NCBI GenBank assembly: GCA_963677495.2
Contig: CAXXOU010000001.1
Span: 864,001 to 928,000 of the forward strand
Direction of reading: 5' to 3'
Source of the DNA: Candidatus Cloacimonadales bacterium
GTDB lineage: Bacteria > Cloacimonadota > Cloacimonadia > Cloacimonadales > JAFGVF01
DNA: 64,000 nucleotides
The stretch's first letter is position 1. Every line of letters starts with the position of its first letter. The translations under genes were made by a program, and so were the position numbers. This document shows positions 41,629 through 49,901 of this stretch, in pieces. The notes beneath the pieces were generated by a model. That model was not told the DNA's origin. It did no database searches and saw nothing but the letters and a program-made list of their open reading frames with translations.

Positions 41629-42485
41629 AAAATATCATAGCATACATCAATCCTGAAAGGGGTAATACACCGGAAGTAAAGAGTATTATTGATGCGATGC
41701 ATAAAAAGCATAATATCGATTTTTGGTCACTTCCACAAGAGAGGAATCTCTTTCCTGAGTCAATCACTACAGCTACAGAAAAACAACTTAGAGAGCTCAA
41801 ATGTGATTGCATACTGGTATTTGGTGGAGATGGCTCAATTCTACAAGCTAAAGATGCTGCACTTAAGTTTAATACCCCAGTCTTAGGAGTAAACCTAGGG
41901 AAGTTGGGATTCTTAGCAGAAACCGACATTACAGATTTAGAGAAATCTATGGATGAGCTTGTACAGAAGAAGTTCCGAATCCAATCCAGAATGCTGATTA
42001 GTGCTCAAGTTTGGCGTAAAAAAGAGATGATTTTTTCTACTCTTGCTTTGAACGATGCTGTCATCTATAAGTCAGTTTCTCCTAAGCTTATTGAAGTAAA
42101 GATTCTAGATAATAACAGACATGTTATGACAGCAAGATGTGATGGTTTTGTTGCTGCAACTCCTACAGGATCGACAGCTTACTCATTAGCTGCCGGAGGT
42201 CCTATTCTGACACCTGTAATGGATGCAATAGTAATTACACCTCTAAACCCTCATATTATGGCAATAAGACCGGTTGTGTTTCCTGCCAGAAACAGGATAA
42301 ACTTTAAGATGATAGACCAGGAGCATAAATCAATGTTGCAGATTGATGGAGTGAATACAATTGAGCTCATGGAAGGAGATACTGTCAAAATCAGAGGGGC
42401 TAAACGAAAAGTTAACTTTATAAAGCTTTCCAATAGAACGTTCTATCAGATTTTGAGAAACAAAATGCATATGGGAAGGATATGA
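41625..42485 (+). CDS. nadK: NAD kinase
   Basis: GGDG, NLGKLGFL, LND, TPTGSTAYSLAAGG. Confidence 0.97.
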   Translation: MKNIIAYINPERGNTPEVKSIIDAMHKKHNIDFWSLPQERNLFPESITTATEKQLRELKCDCILVFGGDGSILQAKDAALKFNTPVLGVNLGKLGFLAETDITDLEKSMDELVQKKFRIQSRMLISAQVWRKKEMIFSTLALNDAVIYKSVSPKLIEVKILDNNRHVMTARCDGFVAATPTGSTAYSLAAGGPILTPVMDAIVITPLNPHIMAIRPVVFPARNRINFKMIDQEHKSMLQIDGVNTIELMEGDTVKIRGAKRKVNFIKLSNRTFYQILRNKMHMGRI

Positions 42486-44200
42486 TAAAGAAACTGGTTC
42501 TCTCCAACTTCATTCTTATTGATGAATTAGAGATAGATTTTCATGAAGGTTTCAATGTTATCACAGGTGAAACAGGTGCAGGTAAATCTATATTGATGGG
42601 TGCTATTGATCTTGTTCTTGGTAGTAAGCTGAAAGGGCAAGTTGCATACAATCAGCAAAAGCCTGTCTATATTCAAGCGGATTTTAGTATCGACAAAGAT
42701 TACATCGAATTGATGCAACTTATAGATGAGCTGGAACTGGATATATCGGAAGATGAACTTTTCTTTATAAAAAAGATAAATACACAAGGTAAAGCAACCA
42801 GCTACTTAAATGGAATTAGAGTTACAAATAGCACAGTCTCAAAGTTTAGAGAACTACTTATCGACTTCCATAGTCAGAATGATCAACAACAGCTTCTTAG
42901 GCAGGATTACCAGCTTGATATACTTGACTCTTATGCCAATCTAATACCTCTTAGAGAGAACTACAACAATGAACTTAAAAACCTTAAAGAGTTGGATGAG
43001 ACAATCGCATCCATGCAAGCAGAGGAACTTGAGCGCAGAGAGAAACTTGATCTCTACAAGTATCAGATAAACGAGCTTGAGAGTTTCGGATTGCGAGAAG
43101 GTGAAGACTCAGAGCTTGAAAGTGAGATTGAACTGCTTAGTCATGCTGAAGATATTATCAGATATAGCAGAGAGTTATATAGTGAACTCTATGAAGTTGA
43201 TAACTCTATTTATGATAGGCTTCAAACAATATCCGGTGGACTTAATGGTTTTAGAAGCGATAATGCACAGTTGGTTAATCTGCAGAAAACATTGAATGAA
43301 GCTTTGATAGTATTAGAAGAGCTGGCTACTGCTTCAGGAGAAGTACCAGAGTCCATTGATAATGATCCCGGTAAATTAGAAGAGATCTCTCTTAGATTAA
43401 ACTCAATCAATGAGTTAAAGAGTAAATATAAACTGAACTCAATAGAGCTAATTATAGATTATTACAATTCAATTCTTGCAGAAGTAAATCATGGAGAGGA
43501 TAGTAATAAGCAGATAGAAGTTTTATGTGAACAGAGAAAGTCTCAAATAGCTAAAGTTATAAAACTTGGTGATAAGCTCACGAAACAGAGGGCTAAATTC
43601 TCCACAAAACTATCTAATGAGCTTCAAGTAGAGATAAGAAAACTTGCTATGCCTGACAGTAGGTTTCAAATAATAATTGACAAAAAAGACAAATTACCAT
43701 CAACTAATTCTTCGGAAGTGAATGAATTTAAAAGGAATGGATTTGATGCAATCAACTTTTACTTCTCTTCCAATAAGGGGATAGCCACAAAGCTATTGAA
43801 GAATGCTGTATCCGGTGGTGAACTGTCACGCGTAATGCTTGCTGTTAAGAAGGTATTATCGGGATACTTAAGAAAACGTTTACTAATATTTGATGAGATT
43901 GATTCGGGTATTGGTGGTAAAACTGCTGACACCATTTCAGGAATTCTTTTAGAAATGAGTAAATATCATCAAATATTGTGTATAACTCATCTTCCCCAAA
44001 TAGCATCAGTAGGCGCTAATCATTTGCATATTAGCAAAGATTCGTCAGGTAAAAAGACTATGACAGTTATTCATACCCTTGAAGGGAAAAATAGAATAGA
44101 TGAGATTGCTAGAATGCTTTCTGGTATTGAAAGTTCAATAGCATATCAGCATGCAGAAGAATTATTAATAAGAAATAAATGGAGTCAAAATGGCAATTAG
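42482..44200 (+). CDS. recN: DNA repair protein RecN
   Basis: TGETGAGKS, SGGELSR, IFDEIDSG, ITHLPQIA. Confidence 0.97.
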   Translation: MIKKLVLSNFILIDELEIDFHEGFNVITGETGAGKSILMGAIDLVLGSKLKGQVAYNQQKPVYIQADFSIDKDYIELMQLIDELELDISEDELFFIKKINTQGKATSYLNGIRVTNSTVSKFRELLIDFHSQNDQQQLLRQDYQLDILDSYANLIPLRENYNNELKNLKELDETIASMQAEELERREKLDLYKYQINELESFGLREGEDSELESEIELLSHAEDIIRYSRELYSELYEVDNSIYDRLQTISGGLNGFRSDNAQLVNLQKTLNEALIVLEELATASGEVPESIDNDPGKLEEISLRLNSINELKSKYKLNSIELIIDYYNSILAEVNHGEDSNKQIEVLCEQRKSQIAKVIKLGDKLTKQRAKFSTKLSNELQVEIRKLAMPDSRFQIIIDKKDKLPSTNSSEVNEFKRNGFDAINFYFSSNKGIATKLLKNAVSGGELSRVMLAVKKVLSGYLRKRLLIFDEIDSGIGGKTADTISGILLEMSKYHQILCITHLPQIASVGANHLHISKDSSGKKTMTVIHTLEGKNRIDEIARMLSGIESSIAYQHAEELLIRNKWSQNGN

Positions 44201-45071
44201 TAGAAGAGTTAGTAGAAGTTTAGCTATCTTTATTGTAGGTATTTCAATAGTAATCGCATTCTATAGAAATCCGGAGAAACCGGTTCATAGAGTGAATACA
44301 TCAAAAGCAAAATCAGTTTATGAAGCAAACCTTTCTCAATATCATGAGTCAATCAAATATAAAGTTTTTATCGACAGTAGTTCGGTTGATTTTCCACGTC
44401 TTTCAGATGAATACACTATTCTTTTCCAGGAAGATAAAGGAGTTTATAAGAATTTTGTTATTGAATCACCAACTAATTCTACAAGTAACTTAAATAGTGT
44501 CCTCAAGGAACTTGGTGCACCCCAAGGGGAAGAGAGACAAGTTATTAACCCTATCCCTAAGAAAAGAGCTCAAACACTTCAAAGACTGAGAAAGAGATAT
44601 AAAGAGCATGAAGAAGCTAGAGCTAACTTCAAAGAGAAACTTGTTACCAGCCAGTATGGTCTGGATAAGTATAAATCTCTCGTAAAAGAGGAAGAAGTTA
44701 AGCTTGATAGTCTTCAAAAACGTATTGATGATCTTGACGAAGGTACCTACGATATCATTATGGTAACATTCCTTACAAGACCAGGTAAGAGTGTTGGCAC
44801 TAAGATTAGATTAACAAAAATGGCTATTGATACTGTTTTCCATATTGCTGCATTATCAATTCTACTAATTATTGGTTTCTATGGTGGAAAGTTACTCAAT
44901 ATATTCCTTGATTGGTTTGGTGTTGGCTCAAAAGTAAAAGGTTATAACTATCGTGGTTATAATGGTTACTATAGTAGATATGCCAGTAAACCAAACAAAG
45001 GAAAAAGGAAAGTAAAAAGGGTCTATAAAGACAAAGTGACATCAGACCCAAACAAAGATAAAGATAATTAA
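44190..45071 (+). CDS. Hypothetical membrane protein (TM, coiled coil, TM, Gly/Tyr- and Lys-rich tail)
   Basis: 293-aa ORF overlapping the recN end; two hydrophobic segments. Confidence 0.7.
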   Translation: MAISRRVSRSLAIFIVGISIVIAFYRNPEKPVHRVNTSKAKSVYEANLSQYHESIKYKVFIDSSSVDFPRLSDEYTILFQEDKGVYKNFVIESPTNSTSNLNSVLKELGAPQGEERQVINPIPKKRAQTLQRLRKRYKEHEEARANFKEKLVTSQYGLDKYKSLVKEEEVKLDSLQKRIDDLDEGTYDIIMVTFLTRPGKSVGTKIRLTKMAIDTVFHIAALSILLIIGFYGGKLLNIFLDWFGVGSKVKGYNYRGYNGYYSRYASKPNKGKRKVKRVYKDKVTSDPNKDKDN

Positions 45072-45094
45072 ACTTTAATCCGAGAGGAGGAGTT

Positions 45095-45544
45095 ATGAGT
45101 TTATCTCCATGGAATATCTGGATGATACTTGGTATTATCTGTGTTATTATTGAAATTCTTGATCCGGCTTTCTTCTTTTTAAGCCTTGGTATCGGTTGTC
45201 TGGCAACAGGATTATGTTCTCTGTTCCCATTCATCTATAATTCAATACCTTTCCAGATAGCACTGTTTGTTATCTTCAGTTTTATCTCATTCTTATTGAT
45301 GCGTAAGCTTGGTAAGAAAGTACTTGAGTCCTCAGGAGAAGAGACGAATGTCTTTGCTCTTAAGGGGAAAACAGGTATCGTTGTAACAGAGATTCAATCT
45401 GACAACAAAGGTTATGTAAAGATTGGTGGTGAGGAGTGGTCTGCTGTAAGTGATGATAACTCAAACATACCTTTAAACACAAAAGTTACCGTCGTTGATG
45501 TGTCTGGTAATAAACTTATAGTACATAAACAGGAGGCAAACTAA
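45095..45544 (+). CDS. nfeD: NfeD-family protein
   Basis: WMILG..EI, GKTG.V, GYVKIGGEEWSA; adjacent to an SPFH gene. Confidence 0.9.
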   Translation: MSLSPWNIWMILGIICVIIEILDPAFFFLSLGIGCLATGLCSLFPFIYNSIPFQIALFVIFSFISFLLMRKLGKKVLESSGEETNVFALKGKTGIVVTEIQSDNKGYVKIGGEEWSAVSDDNSNIPLNTKVTVVDVSGNKLIVHKQEAN

Positions 45545-46479
45545 TGGAATTCTTTTTGATTATATTAGCAATATTAATCATACTTGTTATTGCAAAAGGT
45601 CTTATTATTGTTAGACAAGCGGAAGTTGTTGTAATTGAAAGGCTTGGGTCATATAATAAAACTTTTGCAAGTGGTTTACATTTAATTGTACCTATTTTTG
45701 ATAGACCAAGAGCAATTGCATGGAGATCAGTTACAACTGATTCAAGAGGTAGAACATTAATTCATCAAAAGACGGTTTCAAGGATAGATCTTCGTGAAAC
45801 TGTATATGATTTTCCTCGTCAAAATGTGATTACTAAAGACAATGTTACAATTAACATTAATGCTCTTTTATACTTCCAGGTTACTGATCCTTATAAAGCT
45901 GTTTATGAGATAAGAAACCTTCCTCATGCAATTGAAAAGCTTACTCAAACTACTCTTCGTAATGTGATTGGTGAACTTGAGCTGGATGCAACTCTCTCTT
46001 CAAGAGATACTATAAACTCTAAGCTCAGAGACATTCTTGATGAAGCAACTGACAAATGGGGTGTTAAGGTTAACCGTGTTGAGCTTCAGGACATTGATCC
46101 ACCTGAGGAGATTAAGCAGGCAATGGAAAAACAGATGCGTGCTGAGCGTGATAAACGTGCTAAAATCCTTGAAGCTGAAGGTGAAAGAGAGTATAAGACA
46201 AGAACTGCAGAAGGTATCAAGCAAGCTGCTATCAGAGAAGCAGAAGGTAAAGCTCAAGCTAAGATCCTTGTTGCTGAAGCTGAAAAGAAAGGTATCGAAC
46301 TTATTGAAACTGCTCTGAAGAACTCAAAGCTTGATCCTGCTCATTATCAGCTAATGCAGAAGTATATTACAGCATTTAATGATATCGTTCAACAAGGTGA
46401 TAAAACTGTTGTCGTACCTTACGAATCATCTGCATTAATGGGTTCAATGAAGACTCTTAAAGAGTTGTTTGATAAATAA
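45544..46479 (+). CDS. SPFH/band 7 (QmcA-like) membrane protein
   Basis: VIERLG, IDLRE, ITKDNV, TTLRNVIG, WGVKVNRVE, QMRAER. Confidence 0.93.
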   Translation: MEFFLIILAILIILVIAKGLIIVRQAEVVVIERLGSYNKTFASGLHLIVPIFDRPRAIAWRSVTTDSRGRTLIHQKTVSRIDLRETVYDFPRQNVITKDNVTININALLYFQVTDPYKAVYEIRNLPHAIEKLTQTTLRNVIGELELDATLSSRDTINSKLRDILDEATDKWGVKVNRVELQDIDPPEEIKQAMEKQMRAERDKRAKILEAEGEREYKTRTAEGIKQAAIREAEGKAQAKILVAEAEKKGIELIETALKNSKLDPAHYQLMQKYITAFNDIVQQGDKTVVVPYESSALMGSMKTLKELFDK

Positions 46480-46501
46480 AAACATTAGAATATTATATAG
46501 T

Positions 46502-46531
46502 AGGCTACTGATTCAATCAGTAGCCTTTTTT
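46502..46531 (+). terminator. Intrinsic terminator
   Basis: aggctactga-ttcaa-tcagtagcct followed by a T run. Confidence 0.85.
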
Positions 46532-46532
46532 C

Positions 46533-47245
46533 ATGAGTAACGAAATCCACCTGCTCTGCAGGTGGTTCCAAAAAGCTTTAGCTATACACAAAAATTCCTC
46601 CAACGTAACTTTGTAGTGTCAGCTGCAAAATAAACAAAGGAGGAATTATGGATAATAGTACATTATCACACACCACATGGAATTGTAAGTACCACATAGT
46701 CTTTGCACCCAAGTATCGACGTCAGGTAATTTATCGTAAACTAAAAAAAGATATTGGTGAAATACTGCGAGTATTGTGTGAACGCAAAAAGATAGAAATC
46801 ATAGAGACAGAGGCTTGCCCAGATCACATTCACATGTTGATAAAAATACCACCGAAGTATAGAGTTTCATCAATAATGGGATATCTTAAGGGTAAGAGTA
46901 GCCTGATGATATTTGACCGACATGCTCAGCTGAAATACAAGTATGGACAACGTCGATTTTGGTGTCGAGGCTACTTTGTCGATACAGTTGGCAAGAATGA
47001 AAAGCGAATAGCGAATTATGTCAGGTCACAACTCCAAGAAGATGTACTCTCAGATCAGATGACAATCAAAGAGTTTATTGACCCGTTTACGGGTAAGAAA
47101 GAAAACTAAGGTATTAAACTAACCCCTTTAGGGGTAGCCAGAAATAGTTGTGCAGCTGACATTTTTTCAGTGTGCGAGAGCTTGGTCAGTGTCCGCCCTT
47201 ATAGGGCGAGTCCAAACCACCAGCTGAGCTGGTGGTCATGATTTT
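46533..47245 (+). mobile_element. IS200-type element, tnpA only (ends approximate)
   Basis: Left hairpin ccacctgc-tct-gcaggtgg 46547-46565; right hairpin accaccagct...agctggtggt 47216-47236; lies just after a terminator. Confidence 0.85.
46648..47109 (+). CDS. tnpA: IS200/IS605 Y1 HUH transposase
   Basis: CKYHIVFAPKYRR, DHIHML, LKGKSS, FWCRGYFV, YVRSQ. Confidence 0.97.
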   Translation: MDNSTLSHTTWNCKYHIVFAPKYRRQVIYRKLKKDIGEILRVLCERKKIEIIETEACPDHIHMLIKIPPKYRVSSIMGYLKGKSSLMIFDRHAQLKYKYGQRRFWCRGYFVDTVGKNEKRIANYVRSQLQEDVLSDQMTIKEFIDPFTGKKEN

Positions 47246-47256
47246 CTATAAAACAC

Positions 47257-47550
47257 GTAGGACACGCTGCCAGCTTGTCCGCTTAGCGCAGCTAAGCTCA
47301 TCCACTGACGTCAAATGGCAATAATTGCTTAAGTCCTGAGAGTTGCAGTACAATCGTAGTGCAAGTGTCCTCACTTGCACATAGCTCGAAAGAGCTATAT
47401 CCGGGAAGCCAATCGTGTTCAGAAACTAGTATTGACCCGAATGATCATAGATAAAGTTCTAAGTTTAAATGGGCTTAATATAAATAGCTCCGGGTTTTAT
47501 GAACCCTGGGGCAAGTACTCCCTAAAGCATTAGAATCCTGAAGGGGACTA
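47257..47550. repeat. REP mosaic: GTAGGACACGCTGCCAGCTTGTCC module, inverted partial copy of the 191-bp array unit, and a module shared with 61100-61195
   Basis: gtaggacacgctgcc also occurs at 48156 and 60729. 47337-47436 is the reverse complement of the array-unit segment gtcaatactag...gactctc. Confidence 0.8.
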
Positions 47551-47570
47551 GATAAAGCATTTAACATCAC

Positions 47571-47720
47571 TCCCCAGAAACCCTACTTTCAAGTAGGGGC
47601 AGAAATCCAAATGAATACAAGAAAGCCCCTCCCTCCCGATTCACTGAATCTGGAGGGAGGGGCTTAAGAAAGTTTATGTTAGAGCATTTAGCCACCAGAT
47701 AAATCTGGTGGTTCTGGGAA
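47571..47720. repeat. Multi-hairpin element bounded by cccagaa/ttctggg
   Basis: Hairpins 47581-47598, 47623-47665 and 47692-47711. Confidence 0.6.
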
Positions 47721-47744
47721 GCATTTGCATATCAGTTTTCACAG

Positions 47745-47925
47745 CTATTTCGCTCTCACTCCTCTGCTATAATTACTATTCATTAGATATTTCATTCTTA
47801 TCAAATTCGAGTCTAAAACCTGTTAAAGAATAACTACATTTCAACAGCGATTCAACAGGTGTCTCATTCGAGATGGATAATAATTGTAGTAGAGCTGTGA
47901 CAGTTACATGAGGTTGAGATGCCAT
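47745..47925. repeat. 181-bp dispersed element (other copy at 61281-61461)
   Basis: Ungapped hand alignment with 35 mismatches clustered in blocks. Confidence 0.85.
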
Positions 47926-48155
47926 ATATATAAACTGAGTAATTTGTGGGTATTTACCCATATCTCCCCCTCTATGCACTTGAATAATTGTTAGGGATAA
48001 CCTAGGGGTATCTTAGGCAAATGCCAAAGTTTTCTGTAACAGAATCGAAAGTTTATCGAAGCTTTTCCGAATAAATTATTCGGGAGCATAGTGAGAGAGC
48101 ATCATGAGGAAAGCTTGTTTTCAAGCAATTATCTCAGATATATGTACGTCGAAAA

Positions 48156-48466
48156 GTAGGACACGCTGCCAGCTTGTCCGCTTAGCGCAGCTAAGCTCAT
48201 CCACTGACGTTAATTAGTATAAATTACAAAGCTCTTTAGTAGTTATAATCAGGTTCTGCATTGGTGAATCCAGCTCTAAAGGAGCGATTGTTTAATAGCC
48301 CCATGCGACTTGACGCTTGGGGTTAAAGATCTCGGACATTTTTTAGCCCTGAAGGGCGTAAGAGTTCAAACGTATGAATCTATCACCCCTATAGGGCTAC
48401 AATCTTCGTTGATTACATTACCACATGCCAAAGCATGTGGCTATTGAACAGACGCCTCTTCAAGGC
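48156..48466 (+). repeat. ~310-bp composite REP element, near-duplicate of 60729-61046
   Basis: Direct sequence similarity across its length; includes copy 2 of the ~195-bp element. Confidence 0.85.
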
Positions 48467-48639
48467 TAAAAGACGCTATTGGTAGAATGATGGTGGTCAA
48501 ATAACTAATTCGTTATTTGAAATTATGAATTAGGAATTACTTATTAGAAATTGGAAATCTTCACCTTGAACTACACCGATTAAGGGTGATCGGTTTACAG
48601 TATATACTAAAAGTGTATAAAGTATTAGCAGTATAAACT

Positions 48640-48675
48640 AAAACGAAGGCTATTGTTTGAACAATAGCCTTCGTT
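48640..48675 (-). terminator. Intrinsic terminator after the VirK-like gene
   Basis: 16-bp inverted repeat aacgaaggctattgtt / aacaatagccttcgtt. Confidence 0.7.
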
Positions 48676-48686
48676 ATGACAAGGAT

Positions 48687-49151
48687 CTATTTCTGTTTAT
48701 ATAGAAATAGCGCTCCCTCCTCATCGCCTGAATTAACAGTTGTGAAGAACTTCTCATCCATCTCTATTTCAAAATCTTCTGAATTTGCATACTGAGCAGT
48801 AACAGTTACAGTACCGTCATCTTTAATCTTCACTTTCGCATAGTTGTAGATATATCCACCATAATTGATAAGTTTGCTTTCTGAGAACACTAAGAATGCA
48901 TTTGGATTGCCAATAGACATTGGTGCGAAATATTCCCATACTCCAATACTCATTCCACCAGTAGCATTTGGGGCAGTTTTTTCTTCATTGTTTGATATGA
49001 GTTTGCAGTCACCATAATTGATAACGACTCTGATGTTTTCTCCCTTTTTAAGGTCTTCCATTAAGCCTTCAAATGATGTAACCTGAACAGTCTTAGCAAA
49101 ACTTAACAGTGTTAACATGGTGAGCATAGTAATAAGTACAACTTTTTTCAT
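48687..49151 (-). CDS. VirK-family secreted protein
   Basis: Signal peptide; LMEDLKKGENIRVVINYGDC pattern resembles the VirK family. Confidence 0.65.
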   Translation of the reverse strand: MKKVVLITMLTMLTLLSFAKTVQVTSFEGLMEDLKKGENIRVVINYGDCKLISNNEEKTAPNATGGMSIGVWEYFAPMSIGNPNAFLVFSESKLINYGGYIYNYAKVKIKDDGTVTVTAQYANSEDFEIEMDEKFFTTVNSGDEEGALFLYKQK

Positions 49152-49161
49152 GATTTCTCCT

Positions 49162-49851
49162 TTATCTAACGGTTATTTTGATTCCTTTAGAAATGGCATA
49201 GTCCCTGATTCTATCGATAGTTAAAGAATCCAAGCCACTTCTATTCACGTATGATGGGTTCAGTGTTTTCTGAGACTGAAATTGTTGCAAGCAATATCTC
49301 TCACCGGAAGATAATAAATCTAAACATGCCATCAAATTCTCTTGATTGTGCAGGTCGGAAACGACAGTCGTTCTGAACTCATAATCCTTCACATGCTTTC
49401 TGATTATATCCATGCTTTCAAGCATCTCATCGTAAAATGAAAAACCACCGGTTGCTTCGGAATATATATCCTTGCTGCCTTTCAAATCCATCGCTACGTA
49501 ATCAATAATGCCTAAAGAGAGGATTTTCTCAAGAAAGATGGGTTTAGTTCCATTTGTATCGAGTTTAATTAAAAATCCGAGCTTTTTGGTCTTTTCAATA
49601 ACATCAACAAGCTCATTATGTATAAGTGGTTCACCACCTGTAAATGTTACTGCATCCAGCTTACCGATTCTTGTTTCAAGGAAAGTGAAAAGCTCAGCAT
49701 TTGGAAGTACATTCTCAAATTGTTCCGGTAGCACGAGAGAGGGATTGTGACAAAAGGGGCATCGCAGGTTACAACCACGCGTAAACACTACAGCAGAGAG
49801 TTTATCAGGGTAATCAATCATTGAGAACTTGTGGATATATGAGATAAACAT
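49162..49851 (-). CDS. nrdG: Anaerobic ribonucleotide reductase activating enzyme
   Basis: SMIDYP, GCNLRCPFCHNP, TGGEP, KLDTNG, YEFRTT. Confidence 0.95.
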   Translation of the reverse strand: MFISYIHKFSMIDYPDKLSAVVFTRGCNLRCPFCHNPSLVLPEQFENVLPNAELFTFLETRIGKLDAVTFTGGEPLIHNELVDVIEKTKKLGFLIKLDTNGTKPIFLEKILSLGIIDYVAMDLKGSKDIYSEATGGFSFYDEMLESMDIIRKHVKDYEFRTTVVSDLHNQENLMACLDLLSSGERYCLQQFQSQKTLNPSYVNRSGLDSLTIDRIRDYAISKGIKITVR

Positions 49852-49885
49852 AAAAGAGAAAAGGGAGCTTTAAAAAAAGCTCCCT
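49852..49885 (-). terminator. Terminator-like hairpin between nrdD and nrdG
   Basis: agggagcttt/aaagctccct stem followed on the minus strand by tttctctttt. Confidence 0.6.
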
Positions 49886-49901
49886 ATCCTAAAATAACAA
49901 C

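Noticed and set aside
47110..47245. tnpB or omega-RNA remnant after tnpA
   Set aside because: Only ~130 bp separate the tnpA stop from the right-end hairpin, with no TnpB coding remnant.
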